Positions 27,552 through 36,346 of a DNA stretch of 64,000 nucleotides are shown here, one piece after another (positions within the stretch are counted from its first letter, which is position 1; every line of letters begins with the position of its first letter). The notes beneath the pieces were generated by a model. It saw only the letters and a list, made by a program, of their open reading frames with translations. It did no database searches and was not told the DNA's origin. Made by a program: the position numbers and the translations under genes. The stretch covers positions 19,130 through 83,129 of the forward strand of contig CAYWKV010000001.1 of assembly GCA_964458835.1 (NCBI GenBank), written 5' to 3'. The stretch is from an uncultured Gammaproteobacteria bacterium. Its GTDB lineage: Bacteria; Pseudomonadota; Gammaproteobacteria; Thiohalobacterales; Thiohalobacteraceae.

Positions 27552-29964
27552 AGGTCATCCCAGATGCAACCTTGCGTTGGATCGCCAGGTTGTCTGTCGC
27601 ATCCGAGGTAAACAGCCAATAGCTATAGGGATCAAGAGACAGTCGGCCTACGCCCAGGCCGAAGGGTGTATCGAGCATGATCTCGCTGTACTTGGGCCGG
27701 TTGAGTTTGACCGACTGGATCAGCCGCATGGCAAAGTCGTCATATTCCAACATGCCCTCCGCCCTCGCCTGGCCATAGTCCGAGGATTCCAGGAGGAACT
27801 TGAACGCCGAGTTGTTGCGAATGACCTCGCCGACCGCCCCGAACCGACGGGTGTCTACCAGAGACTGTGTCACGATCGAAAATGACCCCTTGTACTTGCG
27901 GGCACGGCGATAGCCTTCCTCAATGACGGCCTGCACCGGCGAGTCCTTGGCCCCGGCCGTGGCCGATAGGAACTTCCAGGCCTCATCGAACAGGATGAAG
28001 CGGGGGTGCTCGCGGGATTCCTTGCTTCCCAGGTAGAGGTCGGCAGTCACCTTATGGATGATCATCAGGGTGACCACCGCGAACAACGCCTCATCGCTCA
28101 TCAGATGTTCCAGCTCCAACACCACCCACTCGTCATGACTGATGTCTACACTGGATCTCCCGGAAACATAACGCGCCAAGCGCCCTCCCGGCATGAAGTC
28201 GCGCATGTTGTAGGCCAAGGTGTGCGCAGCCCTGATGACGTGGTCCATGCTCTCGGAAATGTCATCTGCAGAATGTTTGGGGAATGTCTTTAGGAACTCA
28301 CCGGCCAATTCAACGCCCCGTTCCGGGTCTCCCTTCGCGATAGCCCATTCTGTCGCGGCACCGATCAAGGTCCATTCGGTCTCGGTCGGGATCCCGGCCC
28401 GGTGGGAGTAAGCCATTTGTGCGATGACGGCCCGGGCCATCACGGCATCGCTTTCATTGGTGACACCGTCGAAAGGGTTAAGGACAAAGGCCTCATCCCC
28501 GAGATCGATATAGCGTCCCTTCAAGAGGGCGGTAAGCTTTTGGTAGGAGTAGCCGATGTCGATCACACGGCACATGGCGCCGGTGCGGTAATGGTTAGTC
28601 AGCAGGTTCTGCATGAACACACTCTTACCGCCACCGCTCTGCGCGGCCACGAGGATGTTGTGATTCGAGGCGCCTCGGTCGAAGATATCGAGGCCAATCA
28701 ACTGCCCTTTACGTCCGACATAGGCCAGAACCGGATCGCCGCCACCACGAAAATCGGCCTGGGCCGGAATCATTCTGGCGACGGTTTCCAAGGGCACAAT
28801 GAAGTGGCGATCCAGGAGATCCACGTTCTTCTTGACGTTGTACAAGCCCATCGGAAGGCTCGCGACCAGCAGGACGGACTGCAGCCAGCGCTCCTCCTGC
28901 ATGACGAACCCGCGGGACTCCCACATACGGCGAACGCGCGCCGACGAGTTTCTCAGCCGTTCTTCGGTATCAGCGAAGACCCACAGCGTCGGCACGATCC
29001 GCATGAACGTGGTTTTGTCCATCTCGCCCAGTGCCCAGGCGTACTCATCCAACCGCCGGCGTAACTGAGCCACGAAACCACCCGCGGCCTTCTGTGCGGA
29101 CATGAGTTCCGCTTTCGCGGTGATATTGGTGGATACCGGCTCCGGGAGAACCGTCAGGCAATACAGAAAGGGCGTGCTCACTTGCTCGGTGTCTTGCGAC
29201 ATCCCCATGACACCGCCGAACAACTGGTTCATCTTCAGCAGGTCGATTTCACTGGGCATGACCTTCGGTGTCAGGCACTTCGCATAGCGCGCGCCGATCT
29301 TCACCGATTCCTTTCCTATGCTGATCTCGTCCTCCGCACGAATCACCTGACGGCGGATGGGCCGTGCAGGATCATAGACTACACTGGCTGCATCCTCTCC
29401 GCCGACGACGCAGCGTAGAAACCTTAGCAACCCTTGAGGCGCAAGCGGCTCAGCGTGCAGACCAGCGCCCCGCAGGAACTCTTGCACACCGTTAACGGTA
29501 TCCTGTGTCAATCCATCTGCGGCTTTGATCGACACAAGCAGACGGAACATGCGTGTCGGTATGCCCGACATCCGGTCGAGTCCCATGGCGCCCTTACGCA
29601 GGAATTCGGCATATTGCGCGGCCCAGTCATTGAGAAGTGGATCGGGTCGATGGGTCTTGCGTTCGAACAGATCCGTAAAGGGCTTCACGTCGGGATCGGC
29701 GAAGAGAATGAACTGGATCACCGTATCCGGTGGCATGGCCAACCGCAGAATGCCGCCCAGAATATCAGCGGTTTTCTCCGTCATAAACGGAAGCGGCATG
29801 CATTCCCAGATGCTGCCCTGCGCGCCTTCCTGCGAGAGGTAAGTCTTGCGTTCATGATCGTAGGCAACCCACGGGAGGTAGTCGGATAGGCGCTCACGGG
29901 CCACATCGCGAGTCATACGCTGCTCGCTGATTCCTCCACGCTCCCCCAACAGCAGCTTCAGCAT
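27511..29964 (-). CDS. traC: F-type TraC (VirB4-class ATPase)
   Basis: 817 aa. Walker A AAQSGGGKS, Walker B ILFDEAW. Confidence 0.95.
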   Translation of the reverse strand: MLKLLLGERGGISEQRMTRDVARERLSDYLPWVAYDHERKTYLSQEGAQGSIWECMPLPFMTEKTADILGGILRLAMPPDTVIQFILFADPDVKPFTDLFERKTHRPDPLLNDWAAQYAEFLRKGAMGLDRMSGIPTRMFRLLVSIKAADGLTQDTVNGVQEFLRGAGLHAEPLAPQGLLRFLRCVVGGEDAASVVYDPARPIRRQVIRAEDEISIGKESVKIGARYAKCLTPKVMPSEIDLLKMNQLFGGVMGMSQDTEQVSTPFLYCLTVLPEPVSTNITAKAELMSAQKAAGGFVAQLRRRLDEYAWALGEMDKTTFMRIVPTLWVFADTEERLRNSSARVRRMWESRGFVMQEERWLQSVLLVASLPMGLYNVKKNVDLLDRHFIVPLETVARMIPAQADFRGGGDPVLAYVGRKGQLIGLDIFDRGASNHNILVAAQSGGGKSVFMQNLLTNHYRTGAMCRVIDIGYSYQKLTALLKGRYIDLGDEAFVLNPFDGVTNESDAVMARAVIAQMAYSHRAGIPTETEWTLIGAATEWAIAKGDPERGVELAGEFLKTFPKHSADDISESMDHVIRAAHTLAYNMRDFMPGGRLARYVSGRSSVDISHDEWVVLELEHLMSDEALFAVVTLMIIHKVTADLYLGSKESREHPRFILFDEAWKFLSATAGAKDSPVQAVIEEGYRRARKYKGSFSIVTQSLVDTRRFGAVGEVIRNNSAFKFLLESSDYGQARAEGMLEYDDFAMRLIQSVKLNRPKYSEIMLDTPFGLGVGRLSLDPYSYWLFTSDATDNLAIQRKVASGMTYVEAIRALASEAA

Positions 29965-29972
29965 ATGGCCCC

Positions 29973-30479
29973 CTATTTACCTTGCATGAACAGCTCAACG
30001 GGGCGTGACTCGCCAGTGTCACCGGCGGTCTCATCGAGCATCCACTGCGGCTTCTCCAACATGAGGTAGGCATACCGAGGCATATACAGTGCGCCATCCT
30101 CATAAGTGAGGATCAGTGCGCGCCGTACTTTCGGTGGCTTGACCATCGGGGTGTGCGGATCCTGCAGGATGCTCGCCATCTCACGGTAGAGCTGGGTGCG
30201 GTAATCGGCCTGGGGTGTTTTCGGTGCGGCCTTTGGCGTTGACTCAGCCTTGTTACCCCCTTTCGCAGTTTCAAGGCCCGCATTCGCATCGTAATTGGCT
30301 GGTTGTGGTTCCTGGCCATCATCCTGGAGGGAATGGTCATAGGCCTGCTTCATGCTGACGCATTCTCCATAGTCGTTCAGCGCAGGACACATCGATGTCT
30401 CATTGTAGGGGTTGAGTGCCGAACATCCGGAGACAAGACACACCATGGCCGCCCACAGCCCGTTACGATACGCATTCAT
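29973..30479 (-). CDS. traV: TraV lipoprotein
   Basis: Lipobox LVSGCS followed by conserved Cys residues. Position between traB and traC. Confidence 0.75.
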   Translation of the reverse strand: MNAYRNGLWAAMVCLVSGCSALNPYNETSMCPALNDYGECVSMKQAYDHSLQDDGQEPQPANYDANAGLETAKGGNKAESTPKAAPKTPQADYRTQLYREMASILQDPHTPMVKPPKVRRALILTYEDGALYMPRYAYLMLEKPQWMLDETAGDTGESRPVELFMQGK

Positions 30480-31686
30480 CGGCTTCCTCCAAACACTGAT
30501 ACTTGATCTCAAGATCCACGCCTTCCTGGATCACGAGTGTGACCTTCTTCTTCGGCCCGACTTCGATCACAGGGAGCGTTTCTTTGGCGAGGTCCATGTA
30601 AAACCGCTGCAGCTCACCCGAACCTTGGGCGATACCGCCCCCGATCGCCGCGTTGGCAATCTCATCTGTGTTGAGGGATTGGGTAACACCGATGCCACTG
30701 GTCGAGGTAACGGTGCTGGATGATTCAACTGCCCGTCCTGCGCCTTCTGCAACGCCGGCGAGGAACGTCAGCCCGAGCACCCGTCCGGCGCGCATAACAA
30801 CGCGTCCGCGTAGGCCGACCTTTCCGTCGGCATCGACGACATACCCAGCAACCTTCTGTTCAATGACTGCCTGATTGTCCTTCCCCACGCAGTTGAGGCT
30901 GACCAAGCGAAGATTCACTCGTTCTTCCGCTAAGCTCCCGTAGCCATGCGCTATCACGAAGCAATCCTTCAGGTTGGCCTTGACCCGGTTCGGCAGAATC
31001 GCCGGCGCTGCGACTCGGATCATGACGGGCTTGGGGTTCTTCTGCGCTTCGCCCCCGATGGGCGCGTCCAGGCCCGATAACAGTGTTGCCTCCATAAAAG
31101 AGGGTGGCAAATGGATCGCGGTTTTTTTTTGAGCCGTGACTGTTGTCTCTGCTTCCTTACCCTCGACCCGTCCGATTCCTCCGATGACCTCGATGGCCTG
31201 AGCCTGTTGAGGCCCATTGGGCATACCCGTTGCGGCACTTGTTCGAACCATCGACCCAGCCGTCGACATCTGAGGCGGTGGCGGTGGCGGTGGGATCTGC
31301 ACGGCACCTTCCTGAAGGTTGGGCATGAGTGACGCCGGGTTATTCGGATCCGGCGCCTTTTTGTTTTCTACCATCGACAGGGCTTTCTTCAGATCCTCGG
31401 CGACCTGCTTCATCTCCTTGCGTGATTCCGTCAGCTCATTGGACTTGCTTTCCAGCTCTGCCTGTAGCCTGTCATAGAGATCCCGTTCGAGGGTGTCGCT
31501 GTCGAGTAACAGGGAGTCTGTATCCTTTTTCTCAGCGACTTCTGCCCGTCGTGCCCTTGCCTCATCGGCCTTGCCGCCCACTGCCAGGTACCCGCCCAGC
31601 AGAATGCCTGCCACGATCAGCGCAACGACGATACCGCGGCGCTCATTCGCGCTGCGCGTCTCCCAGTAGTCCTTAAGCTTCTGCAT
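30463..31686 (-). CDS. traB: TraB (VirB10-like)
   Basis: N-terminal TM helix, coiled coil, Pro-rich linker (PPPPPPQ), conserved C-domain. Confidence 0.85.
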   Translation of the reverse strand: MQKLKDYWETRSANERRGIVVALIVAGILLGGYLAVGGKADEARARRAEVAEKKDTDSLLLDSDTLERDLYDRLQAELESKSNELTESRKEMKQVAEDLKKALSMVENKKAPDPNNPASLMPNLQEGAVQIPPPPPPPQMSTAGSMVRTSAATGMPNGPQQAQAIEVIGGIGRVEGKEAETTVTAQKKTAIHLPPSFMEATLLSGLDAPIGGEAQKNPKPVMIRVAAPAILPNRVKANLKDCFVIAHGYGSLAEERVNLRLVSLNCVGKDNQAVIEQKVAGYVVDADGKVGLRGRVVMRAGRVLGLTFLAGVAEGAGRAVESSSTVTSTSGIGVTQSLNTDEIANAAIGGGIAQGSGELQRFYMDLAKETLPVIEVGPKKKVTLVIQEGVDLEIKYQCLEEADECVS

Positions 31687-31698
31687 TTGAGTTGCTCC

Positions 31699-32436
31699 TC
31701 ACTGCGCCCGGCGCTCGACCACAAACACGCGTACACGATCACCGGCGCGTATTTCGCCGTTTTCACTGTCTACTGACACACCGGCAATATGCTCACCGAA
31801 AACCGGTTGTAAGAAATCGGCCTCTGCAATGCGCGTGACTGCATTAGCAGTGAACTGGTATACCTTCAGGCGCAGACCGACACCTTCAATCTCCACTTCC
31901 TTGATTTCATCGACAAACCCATGCCCCAGGGCACCGACTGGCTCAGCCTTCTCATGGACCGTGAACGACTCTGGGTAGTCGTCTCTATAGGCGTGCTCCA
32001 ACACATAGAGCACCTTCTTCTCGAACGGCATGCCTGTCATCAGGGCCAGGTTCTTCTTGGCGTCGCCAGCACCCGTCTTCAGACGGACACTCTGCGAGGG
32101 TACGGGCTTCAATTCGCCAATCATGGAGAAGACCTCGCCATTGCATACCACGAACAGATCGACGTCTTCCTGGGCGAGAAGCACGGCATCGTCTCCGGGA
32201 CGCTTCTGCCTTTGCAGCTTCACGAATACATTGGCTCCGACCGTCTCGGCTACCACGCCCTTCTCGGACGAGAAGAAGACATCGTCGACCCGGCCGGCTT
32301 CGCACACGACACGGTTGACGTCGCGATTACTCAACAGCACCTTCGTGCTCCGTTCAGGCGTAATGGTGGTATCTGCTACGGCTCCGCCGGATGCAATCAG
32401 CATCGCTATGCCGAGTGTGAGGATTGCCCTATTCAT
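31699..32436 (-). CDS. traK: TraK (secretin-like/VirB9-like)
   Basis: Signal peptide MNRAILTLGIAMLIASGGAVA. Size and position match. Confidence 0.8.
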   Translation of the reverse strand: MNRAILTLGIAMLIASGGAVADTTITPERSTKVLLSNRDVNRVVCEAGRVDDVFFSSEKGVVAETVGANVFVKLQRQKRPGDDAVLLAQEDVDLFVVCNGEVFSMIGELKPVPSQSVRLKTGAGDAKKNLALMTGMPFEKKVLYVLEHAYRDDYPESFTVHEKAEPVGALGHGFVDEIKEVEIEGVGLRLKVYQFTANAVTRIAEADFLQPVFGEHIAGVSVDSENGEIRAGDRVRVFVVERRAQ

Positions 32437-33043
32437 CCATCTGCTCCTCGATGATGGTGAGATCCGTTGTCGTGCCCTTTTCCTGTTGGTTGGGTCGTTC
32501 GGTCTCAATTTTTTCAATCCAGAACCTTCCATGGGTAATTCTGTAGCCCAAGCGGATGGTCGCGCGGGTCTGTTCCAGCTGGGTTCCCAAGCGTCGGACC
32601 GTGAACCCCTTGACTTCTATCAGTCCGGCTTTTGGCGTCTGGATATCCTCGATGAAATAGGTACGGCTGATTCGCTTGATCTTCTCGATGCGCTCTGCGA
32701 TTTCGAGCCAGCGGCGCCTTTCACCTTCAATAGCCTCCGGCGCGAAGAGGAACATGAGCTCCTCGAACTGCGGGCGGGCGTTTTGCGCTGTGTACGTGAA
32801 CCCTAAATTGGTGATGTACCTTGCCATGGCGCGCAGATACTCAGGCGACGCCGTGTGGTCTCCGACCTCCATTGGCCCGGTGACGGTGAGAGGTACGAGC
32901 GTCGTCATGCGCGAGTCGCGCTCTTTGGCAAGCTGATACGACAACAGGCCGGCTGCCAATACCAAAGCGCCGACGGTTACCAACAGGAGGCGATTCGCCA
33001 CATAGACATTGGACGATGCCGCAAGAAAGCGTTCGAAAAGCAT
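32429..33043 (-). CDS. traE: TraE
   Basis: One TM helix. Position between traL and traK. Confidence 0.8.
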   Translation of the reverse strand: MLFERFLAASSNVYVANRLLLVTVGALVLAAGLLSYQLAKERDSRMTTLVPLTVTGPMEVGDHTASPEYLRAMARYITNLGFTYTAQNARPQFEELMFLFAPEAIEGERRRWLEIAERIEKIKRISRTYFIEDIQTPKAGLIEVKGFTVRRLGTQLEQTRATIRLGYRITHGRFWIEKIETERPNQQEKGTTTDLTIIEEQMDE

Positions 33044-33047
33044 GCGA

Positions 33048-33314
33048 CTACTCCCGGAACCGTGTGCAGAAGGCGTGGGGATAGCCGTGGAATCCAAAAA
33101 AACCGGCTCGGTACTGGCTGTGCAGCATGTAACCGCGCGCGCGGGATCTCTTGAGGCGTATGTACAGATATGGCACGACGAACAATGCCAACCAGAACCA
33201 CCCGCTGAGGATCATGCCGATTGCATAACCGATCGCGGCTGCGACCCATTCGTCCTGCTCGAACCAGAGCAGCTGCAGCGGTCGATGCAAGTAGTTGGGG
33301 ACCTTGTAGATCAT
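33048..33314 (-). CDS. traL: TraL
   Basis: MIYKVPNYLHRPLQLLWFEQDEWV... is the typical TraL N-terminus, followed by a TM helix. Confidence 0.8.
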   Translation of the reverse strand: MIYKVPNYLHRPLQLLWFEQDEWVAAAIGYAIGMILSGWFWLALFVVPYLYIRLKRSRARGYMLHSQYRAGFFGFHGYPHAFCTRFRE

Positions 33315-33388
33315 GTCTTACCCCTGTCACGGACGCCCTTCCCACTGAGTCCTCGGCGCGTGGGGCGTTGACGCGCGCCGTTGGGTCG

Positions 33389-33412
33389 GTAGCCCCGGTA
33401 ACCCGGGGCTAC
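33389..33412 (-). other. perfect 10-bp stem / 4-nt loop hairpin 32 nt downstream of the pilin gene
   Basis: GTAGCCCCGG-TAAC-CCGGGGCTAC. No U-tract follows on the transcribed strand. Confidence 0.6.
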
Positions 33413-33443
33413 TTACCCTCACCAGAGCCCGAGTACCGGGCGA

Positions 33444-33737
33444 TTACAGAACGTAGCCGATGGCGTTGAGAATGTTCTCCGCATTCCAGAACACGATCGC
33501 CGCCGCGAGCGAAAGGACGCCCATCGCCGCCGAACGGAACAGGAAGAAGATGCCCATTGCCACGAGACCGATGGAAATCACGTAACCGATTTCGCCGTTC
33601 AGCACGTTGGTGACCAGGCCGGTATACAGTGCGTTGCCCGCACCGGTGGCGAACGTCACCGCAGAGGCGGCGCCGGCAAACAACATCATCATGAATGCCG
33701 TCAAGGCGCCAGTACCCATCTTCAGAAGGTTCTTCAT
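33444..33737 (-). CDS. pilin-like protein (TraA position)
   Basis: 97 aa with a leader ending AGAASA-V and two hydrophobic helices. Sits immediately upstream of traL. Confidence 0.6.
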   Translation of the reverse strand: MKNLLKMGTGALTAFMMMLFAGAASAVTFATGAGNALYTGLVTNVLNGEIGYVISIGLVAMGIFFLFRSAAMGVLSLAAAIVFWNAENILNAIGYVL

Positions 33738-34501
33738 TGCTTCGACTCCTTTGCTTGATTGAGCAGATTGTTGATCCGGGCGGGTTGAAATCCGGCCACA
33801 ACTTGTCCGTTGATGACCAGTGATGGGGTGCCCGATAGCCCCAACCTCTGTGCGTACTGACGGTGGTGTGTCAGACGGGTGTGTCCCGTCTCACACCCCA
33901 CGAGCTTGTCAGTCGCATCCGCTCGCTCATACATACCTTCCAGAGTCTTGATCGGGTCCTTGGCACACAGTACGTGTTCCGCTTTTTTCGCGGCCAGCGG
34001 ATGCAATGCATCCTGAGGCACGAAGAACACATACCGCGTGAGGTCCGACCGGGTTTTTGCCAATTCATGCCATTGGCGGCAATACGGACAATCTGGATCC
34101 ACGAACTCGATCACCTTGATCGGCCCATCGCCCACCTTGACCGCCTCATCCAGGACAAGTGCATCGACCCGCCCTTTCATCAATTCGCCCAGGCGTTCAG
34201 CAGAGATGCTGCGTCCTGTCGCGTCGTAGATTTCTCCGAAGAAGAGCCATTTCTTATCCGGCCAGAAGTACAGGAGTCGGCCGCCGGTCAGTACTTCGTA
34301 CATCCCAGGTACTTCCGAAGGCCCAAGGAACTCCGGCACAGTGTTGGTGAAAGTCAGTTTGAACTGCGCCTCGGCCGCGGCACGCATCTCGTCTGCTCTC
34401 GACAGCGCGTCTCCGGATACAGGTACACCATTGTCTGCTCCCAGACTGATGTGCGAGATCAGCGCCGCTAGACATGTCACTGCTACCGCTATCGCCTTCA
34501 T
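33734..34501 (-). CDS. dsbC: DsbC-like thiol:disulfide interchange protein
   Basis: Signal peptide. DPDCPYCRQ active site. Start set at MKAIAV after GAGGGAG. Confidence 0.85.
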   Translation of the reverse strand: MKAIAVAVTCLAALISHISLGADNGVPVSGDALSRADEMRAAAEAQFKLTFTNTVPEFLGPSEVPGMYEVLTGGRLLYFWPDKKWLFFGEIYDATGRSISAERLGELMKGRVDALVLDEAVKVGDGPIKVIEFVDPDCPYCRQWHELAKTRSDLTRYVFFVPQDALHPLAAKKAEHVLCAKDPIKTLEGMYERADATDKLVGCETGHTRLTHHRQYAQRLGLSGTPSLVINGQVVAGFQPARINNLLNQAKESKQ

Positions 34502-34508
34502 TACTCCC

Positions 34509-35036
34509 TCACTGTGCCTTGATGACGACGCGACGGTTACGCTGGTGGCACTCCGGTGCCTGTTCGCGACACAGCGGGTATCGTTCCCCGCCGACCCATA
34601 CCGTAACCACACTGGCGGGAGATGCCGCGCGCGCCAGTTCTGCGACCACATCCGCACGTGCGGCTGCCAGGCGATTGTTTGCCTCCGCACTCCCCTGGAT
34701 GTCGGTGTGACCCTCGATGGTTATCGCCGGGTAAGCGCGGGCGAGCGCCTCGATCGCTTGCCGGTCTTTATCCGTGACCGCGACACCGCTCAGGGGGTAC
34801 TGGATCACCAGGCGAACCGGTAGTTCAGGCCGGTCCGTCTGCGTGGACGCCACGTGAACCCCGCGCAAGACTTCAACTGTCGCCTCTGCTCGCATCGCAG
34901 ATACGCCTGTTGTGTCCAGCGGATGTAGTTCAGCGGTTTGCTGCGTATCCCGAGGTACGATGTACCAACCCTGTGGCTCCTGGACCACGGTCTGGGTACC
35001 GACAAGCAGGGTGGCTAGTACGAGCAATTCGTTCAT
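34509..35036 (-). CDS. OmpA-family peptidoglycan-binding protein
   Basis: GHTDIQGSAEANNRLAAARADVVAELA motif and a signal peptide. Confidence 0.8.
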   Translation of the reverse strand: MNELLVLATLLVGTQTVVQEPQGWYIVPRDTQQTAELHPLDTTGVSAMRAEATVEVLRGVHVASTQTDRPELPVRLVIQYPLSGVAVTDKDRQAIEALARAYPAITIEGHTDIQGSAEANNRLAAARADVVAELARAASPASVVTVWVGGERYPLCREQAPECHQRNRRVVIKAQ

Positions 35037-35155
35037 GGGAACGAAGCGTACTGGCCGTGTGGTGGCTTAAAAAAGGTGCCGAACAGCCTGATTGTGGTTC
35101 TTTGCGGGATATTTTCGCGGTATCGGGTGGGACGCTACGACATCGTATCGACGAC

Positions 35156-35737
35156 CTAAATCCGGTAGTGCAGATTGGCCGCAATTGTCCGAATGGCTAG
35201 TGCCATGGCCGATACCCACAAGAATATGATCCAGGGGTGCACTGGAAGCGGGACGACAACATAGATCAGTGGAAATAAGAAGATCGCATGTGCAAGATGA
35301 AATCCCAAATTGAAGCGTACCGGGTTGACGTATTCGTCACCACATTTGCGCTTTTGGCGGACAACAAACCCGTCTACCAGCGACGCCAGCAACAATGGTC
35401 CCAGCAGAAACAGCCAAACAACAAGCAGTGACACTCTTTGGAAGAATTGAAACAACAACCATCGCCCTGTTTCACCTCGGTCCTGCATCCAGCGACTCGG
35501 TTGTGCTGCAGTGGATTTCCGCTTGAGGAGATATCGGTCGGTCAATGCCACCCAGCTCTGTGCGCGACTCGTGACTTCGGCAGTCAGACTCGTCCCAATG
35601 GCTCTCACAATCATATCGTTCTCGCCCTTGACCGTTCTTGCTATCCATTGTGGCGATGCCAACAGCCAAAGCAACAGCGCACCACTTACTGATAACAGCA
35701 ACACGGTCGATAGCCAGCTTTCGCTCTTGGATTCCAT
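35156..35737 (-). CDS. polytopic inner-membrane protein (position of the S043/DUF4400-type gene next to traD in MOBH elements)
   Basis: Four hydrophobic helices. Family assignment is by position only. Confidence 0.45.
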   Translation of the reverse strand: MESKSESWLSTVLLLSVSGALLLWLLASPQWIARTVKGENDMIVRAIGTSLTAEVTSRAQSWVALTDRYLLKRKSTAAQPSRWMQDRGETGRWLLFQFFQRVSLLVVWLFLLGPLLLASLVDGFVVRQKRKCGDEYVNPVRFNLGFHLAHAIFLFPLIYVVVPLPVHPWIIFLWVSAMALAIRTIAANLHYRI

Positions 35738-35740
35738 GAT

Positions 35741-36340
35741 CTAACGGCCGATTACGAAGTCCATTCTGTCCCATAGCGGATACAGTGCCTCACGGGTGAG
35801 GGCAAGGTGACGCACGAGAACAAGCATGCGGTAGTCGATTGGCAGAATGTGTCCCATCCGGCCTGGTGCATGTCTCTGATGCAGTCGTGGCCGTTGATGA
35901 GTACGTGCCCACCATGTCGAGATCCCCTCCCAGCAGGGATCCCAGATTGACGTTCCTGAGGTGCCCTGCTCCACGTAAACCGTGCTGCGCAGACACAATG
36001 GCAGGTCCGCAATCAGACCGCGCACGAAAAACGCAAGCCGGTACGCAGGATCTGCTGTTTGTCCTGTCCCATACTCCCATTCGGCCAACGCCCTTATCAG
36101 GCAGCTCCCTAAAAGGGGCCGTCCGCAAAGCGGATCAGGCACGAAGTCCGTAAGATAGCTCGCTATCTGCATGGCCACAGAGCGTGCTTGTGGATGTTCC
36201 TCAACGAGATATCCCCATGTATGACCGAGACCCCAGTGATTTAGCTGTCGAGTCAGGACTCGTTCTATGGACGGTGGTGTCTCAGTAGGACCAATAAGAA
36301 TGACGCTCGTCGTTTCGGTCATATGTCGATGCATTCCCAC
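35741..36340 (-). CDS. hypothetical protein
   Basis: 199-aa ORF tightly packed between traD and the membrane protein. No motif recognised. Confidence 0.45.
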   Translation of the reverse strand: MGMHRHMTETTSVILIGPTETPPSIERVLTRQLNHWGLGHTWGYLVEEHPQARSVAMQIASYLTDFVPDPLCGRPLLGSCLIRALAEWEYGTGQTADPAYRLAFFVRGLIADLPLCLRSTVYVEQGTSGTSIWDPCWEGISTWWARTHQRPRLHQRHAPGRMGHILPIDYRMLVLVRHLALTREALYPLWDRMDFVIGR

Positions 36341-36346
36341 GAGCTT

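Noticed and set aside
35057-35080. GTGGTGGCTTAAAAAAGGTGCC upstream of the ompA-dsbC-pilin operon as a fifth box A
   Set aside because: Only the GCTTAAA..GG core is shared and the spacing differs by 3 nt. The flanking GGTAGC and GCAGCAGG arms are absent. I mention it only as a weak look-alike.
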